36,651 nt of DNA from Bacteroidales bacterium (GTDB taxonomy: Bacteria; Bacteroidota; Bacteroidia; Bacteroidales; UBA7960): NCBI GenBank assembly GCA_003451785.1, contig DMJL01000026.1:1-36651 (forward strand), in the 5' to 3' direction. The notes below the pieces were generated by a model. The model was not told where the DNA came from. It saw only the letters and a program-made list of their open reading frames with translations, and searched no databases. Below are positions 36,253-36,651 of the stretch, piece by piece; within the stretch, counting starts at the first letter, position 1; each line of letters starts with the position of its first letter. Both the position numbers and the translations under genes were made by a program.

Positions 36253-36651
36253 TTATCGAAGAGAAACATCTACCCCAAATCTAAAAATCGGATTTTGGTA
36301 ATATGCTTGGCTTTGTTCGTTGAAGTTGTAAAGCAGCATGATATTGAAGTGCACCCTATCCGAAAGGGGCTGGCGATAACCCGCTCCCAGAAAAATATTG
36401 GTTTCCCAAAAACGCTCATCCGGTTGGTCGAGCACCCTGTTTTCTCTAATTTGCATATTGAGTTGCTCAAACTCTGCATGGGCAAAAATTCTAGGCATAA
36501 TGTGCAATCTACCAAAAACACTATATCCAAACACATGTGTTGTGAAGGATTGTCCAAAAAACCTATCGTGATATAGCTGATAGGTGGAGCCAATACCGGC
36601 AGAAAATCTGTTGCTGATAAGAAACCCGGCCTGCGGGGAAATATTGATTGC
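36253..36651 (-). CDS. Hypothetical protein, possibly an outer-membrane beta-barrel, 5' end beyond the window
   Basis: The minus-strand frame stays open from 36534 to the window end (…AINISPQAGFLISNRFSAGIGSTYQLYHDRFFGQSFTTHVFGYSVFG…). It has an alternating hydrophobic/polar pattern with aromatic residues near the C-terminus. No family recognised. Confidence 0.35.
   Translation of the reverse strand, partial: AINISPQAGFLISNRFSAGIGSTYQLYHDRFFGQSFTTHVFGYSVFGRLHIMPRIFAHAEFEQLNMQIRENRVLDQPDERFWETNIFLGAGYRQPLSDRVHFNIMLLYNFNEQSQAYYQNPIFRFGVDVSLR

Noticed and set aside
1-36651. CRISPR arrays, tRNA/rRNA genes, transposases, integrases, prophage genes
   Set aside because: I saw no regularly spaced direct repeats, cloverleaf-like or rRNA-like segments, or recombinase/transposase-like ORFs on either strand. 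A tRNAscan/Infernal run would be the definitive check.

Overview
The gene content and several TAnnTTTG-type promoter-like motifs suggest a Bacteroidota-like chromosome; this taxonomic call is inference. Most of the window is housekeeping or carbohydrate metabolism. This includes a partial LuxE-like adenylating enzyme, a SAM methyltransferase, MntP, a GAF-type free Met-R-sulfoxide reductase, a tryptophanase-family lyase, a PlsC-like acyltransferase and MeaB. It also includes a galactoside locus (GH2, a clan GH-A hydrolase, galK, galM, a FucP/GluP-type MFS transporter), fhs and an ankyrin protein. Three visibly A/T-rich insertions carry DNA-targeting genes: (i) an orphan HARE-HTH + GIY-YIG nuclease (3190-3999); (ii) a two-gene type II R-M pair with a TAATG stop/start overlap (9966-12550); (iii) an 812-aa single-polypeptide, type IIG-like N6-adenine methyltransferase with a possible N-terminal PD-ExK module (18977-21415), which splits the glycoside-hydrolase locus. 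The best candidate for an undescribed system is the minus-strand cluster at 26156-32198. It holds three paralogous AmmeMemoRadiSam-type radical SAM enzymes, each with an N-terminal export or anchor sequence, one a textbook twin-arginine motif. They bracket a 773-aa polytopic membrane protein whose central spermidine-synthase fold lacks the canonical catalytic aspartates. I recognise no AMMECR1 or Memo partner in the window. A ~121-nt structured repeat occurs twice in inverted orientation (9861-9981 and 35932-36052, 7 mismatches), and one copy supplies the stop codon of the R-M methyltransferase. I recognised no rRNA, tRNA, CRISPR array, transposase or integrase. All family assignments come from motif recognition by eye and need HMM or BLAST confirmation.
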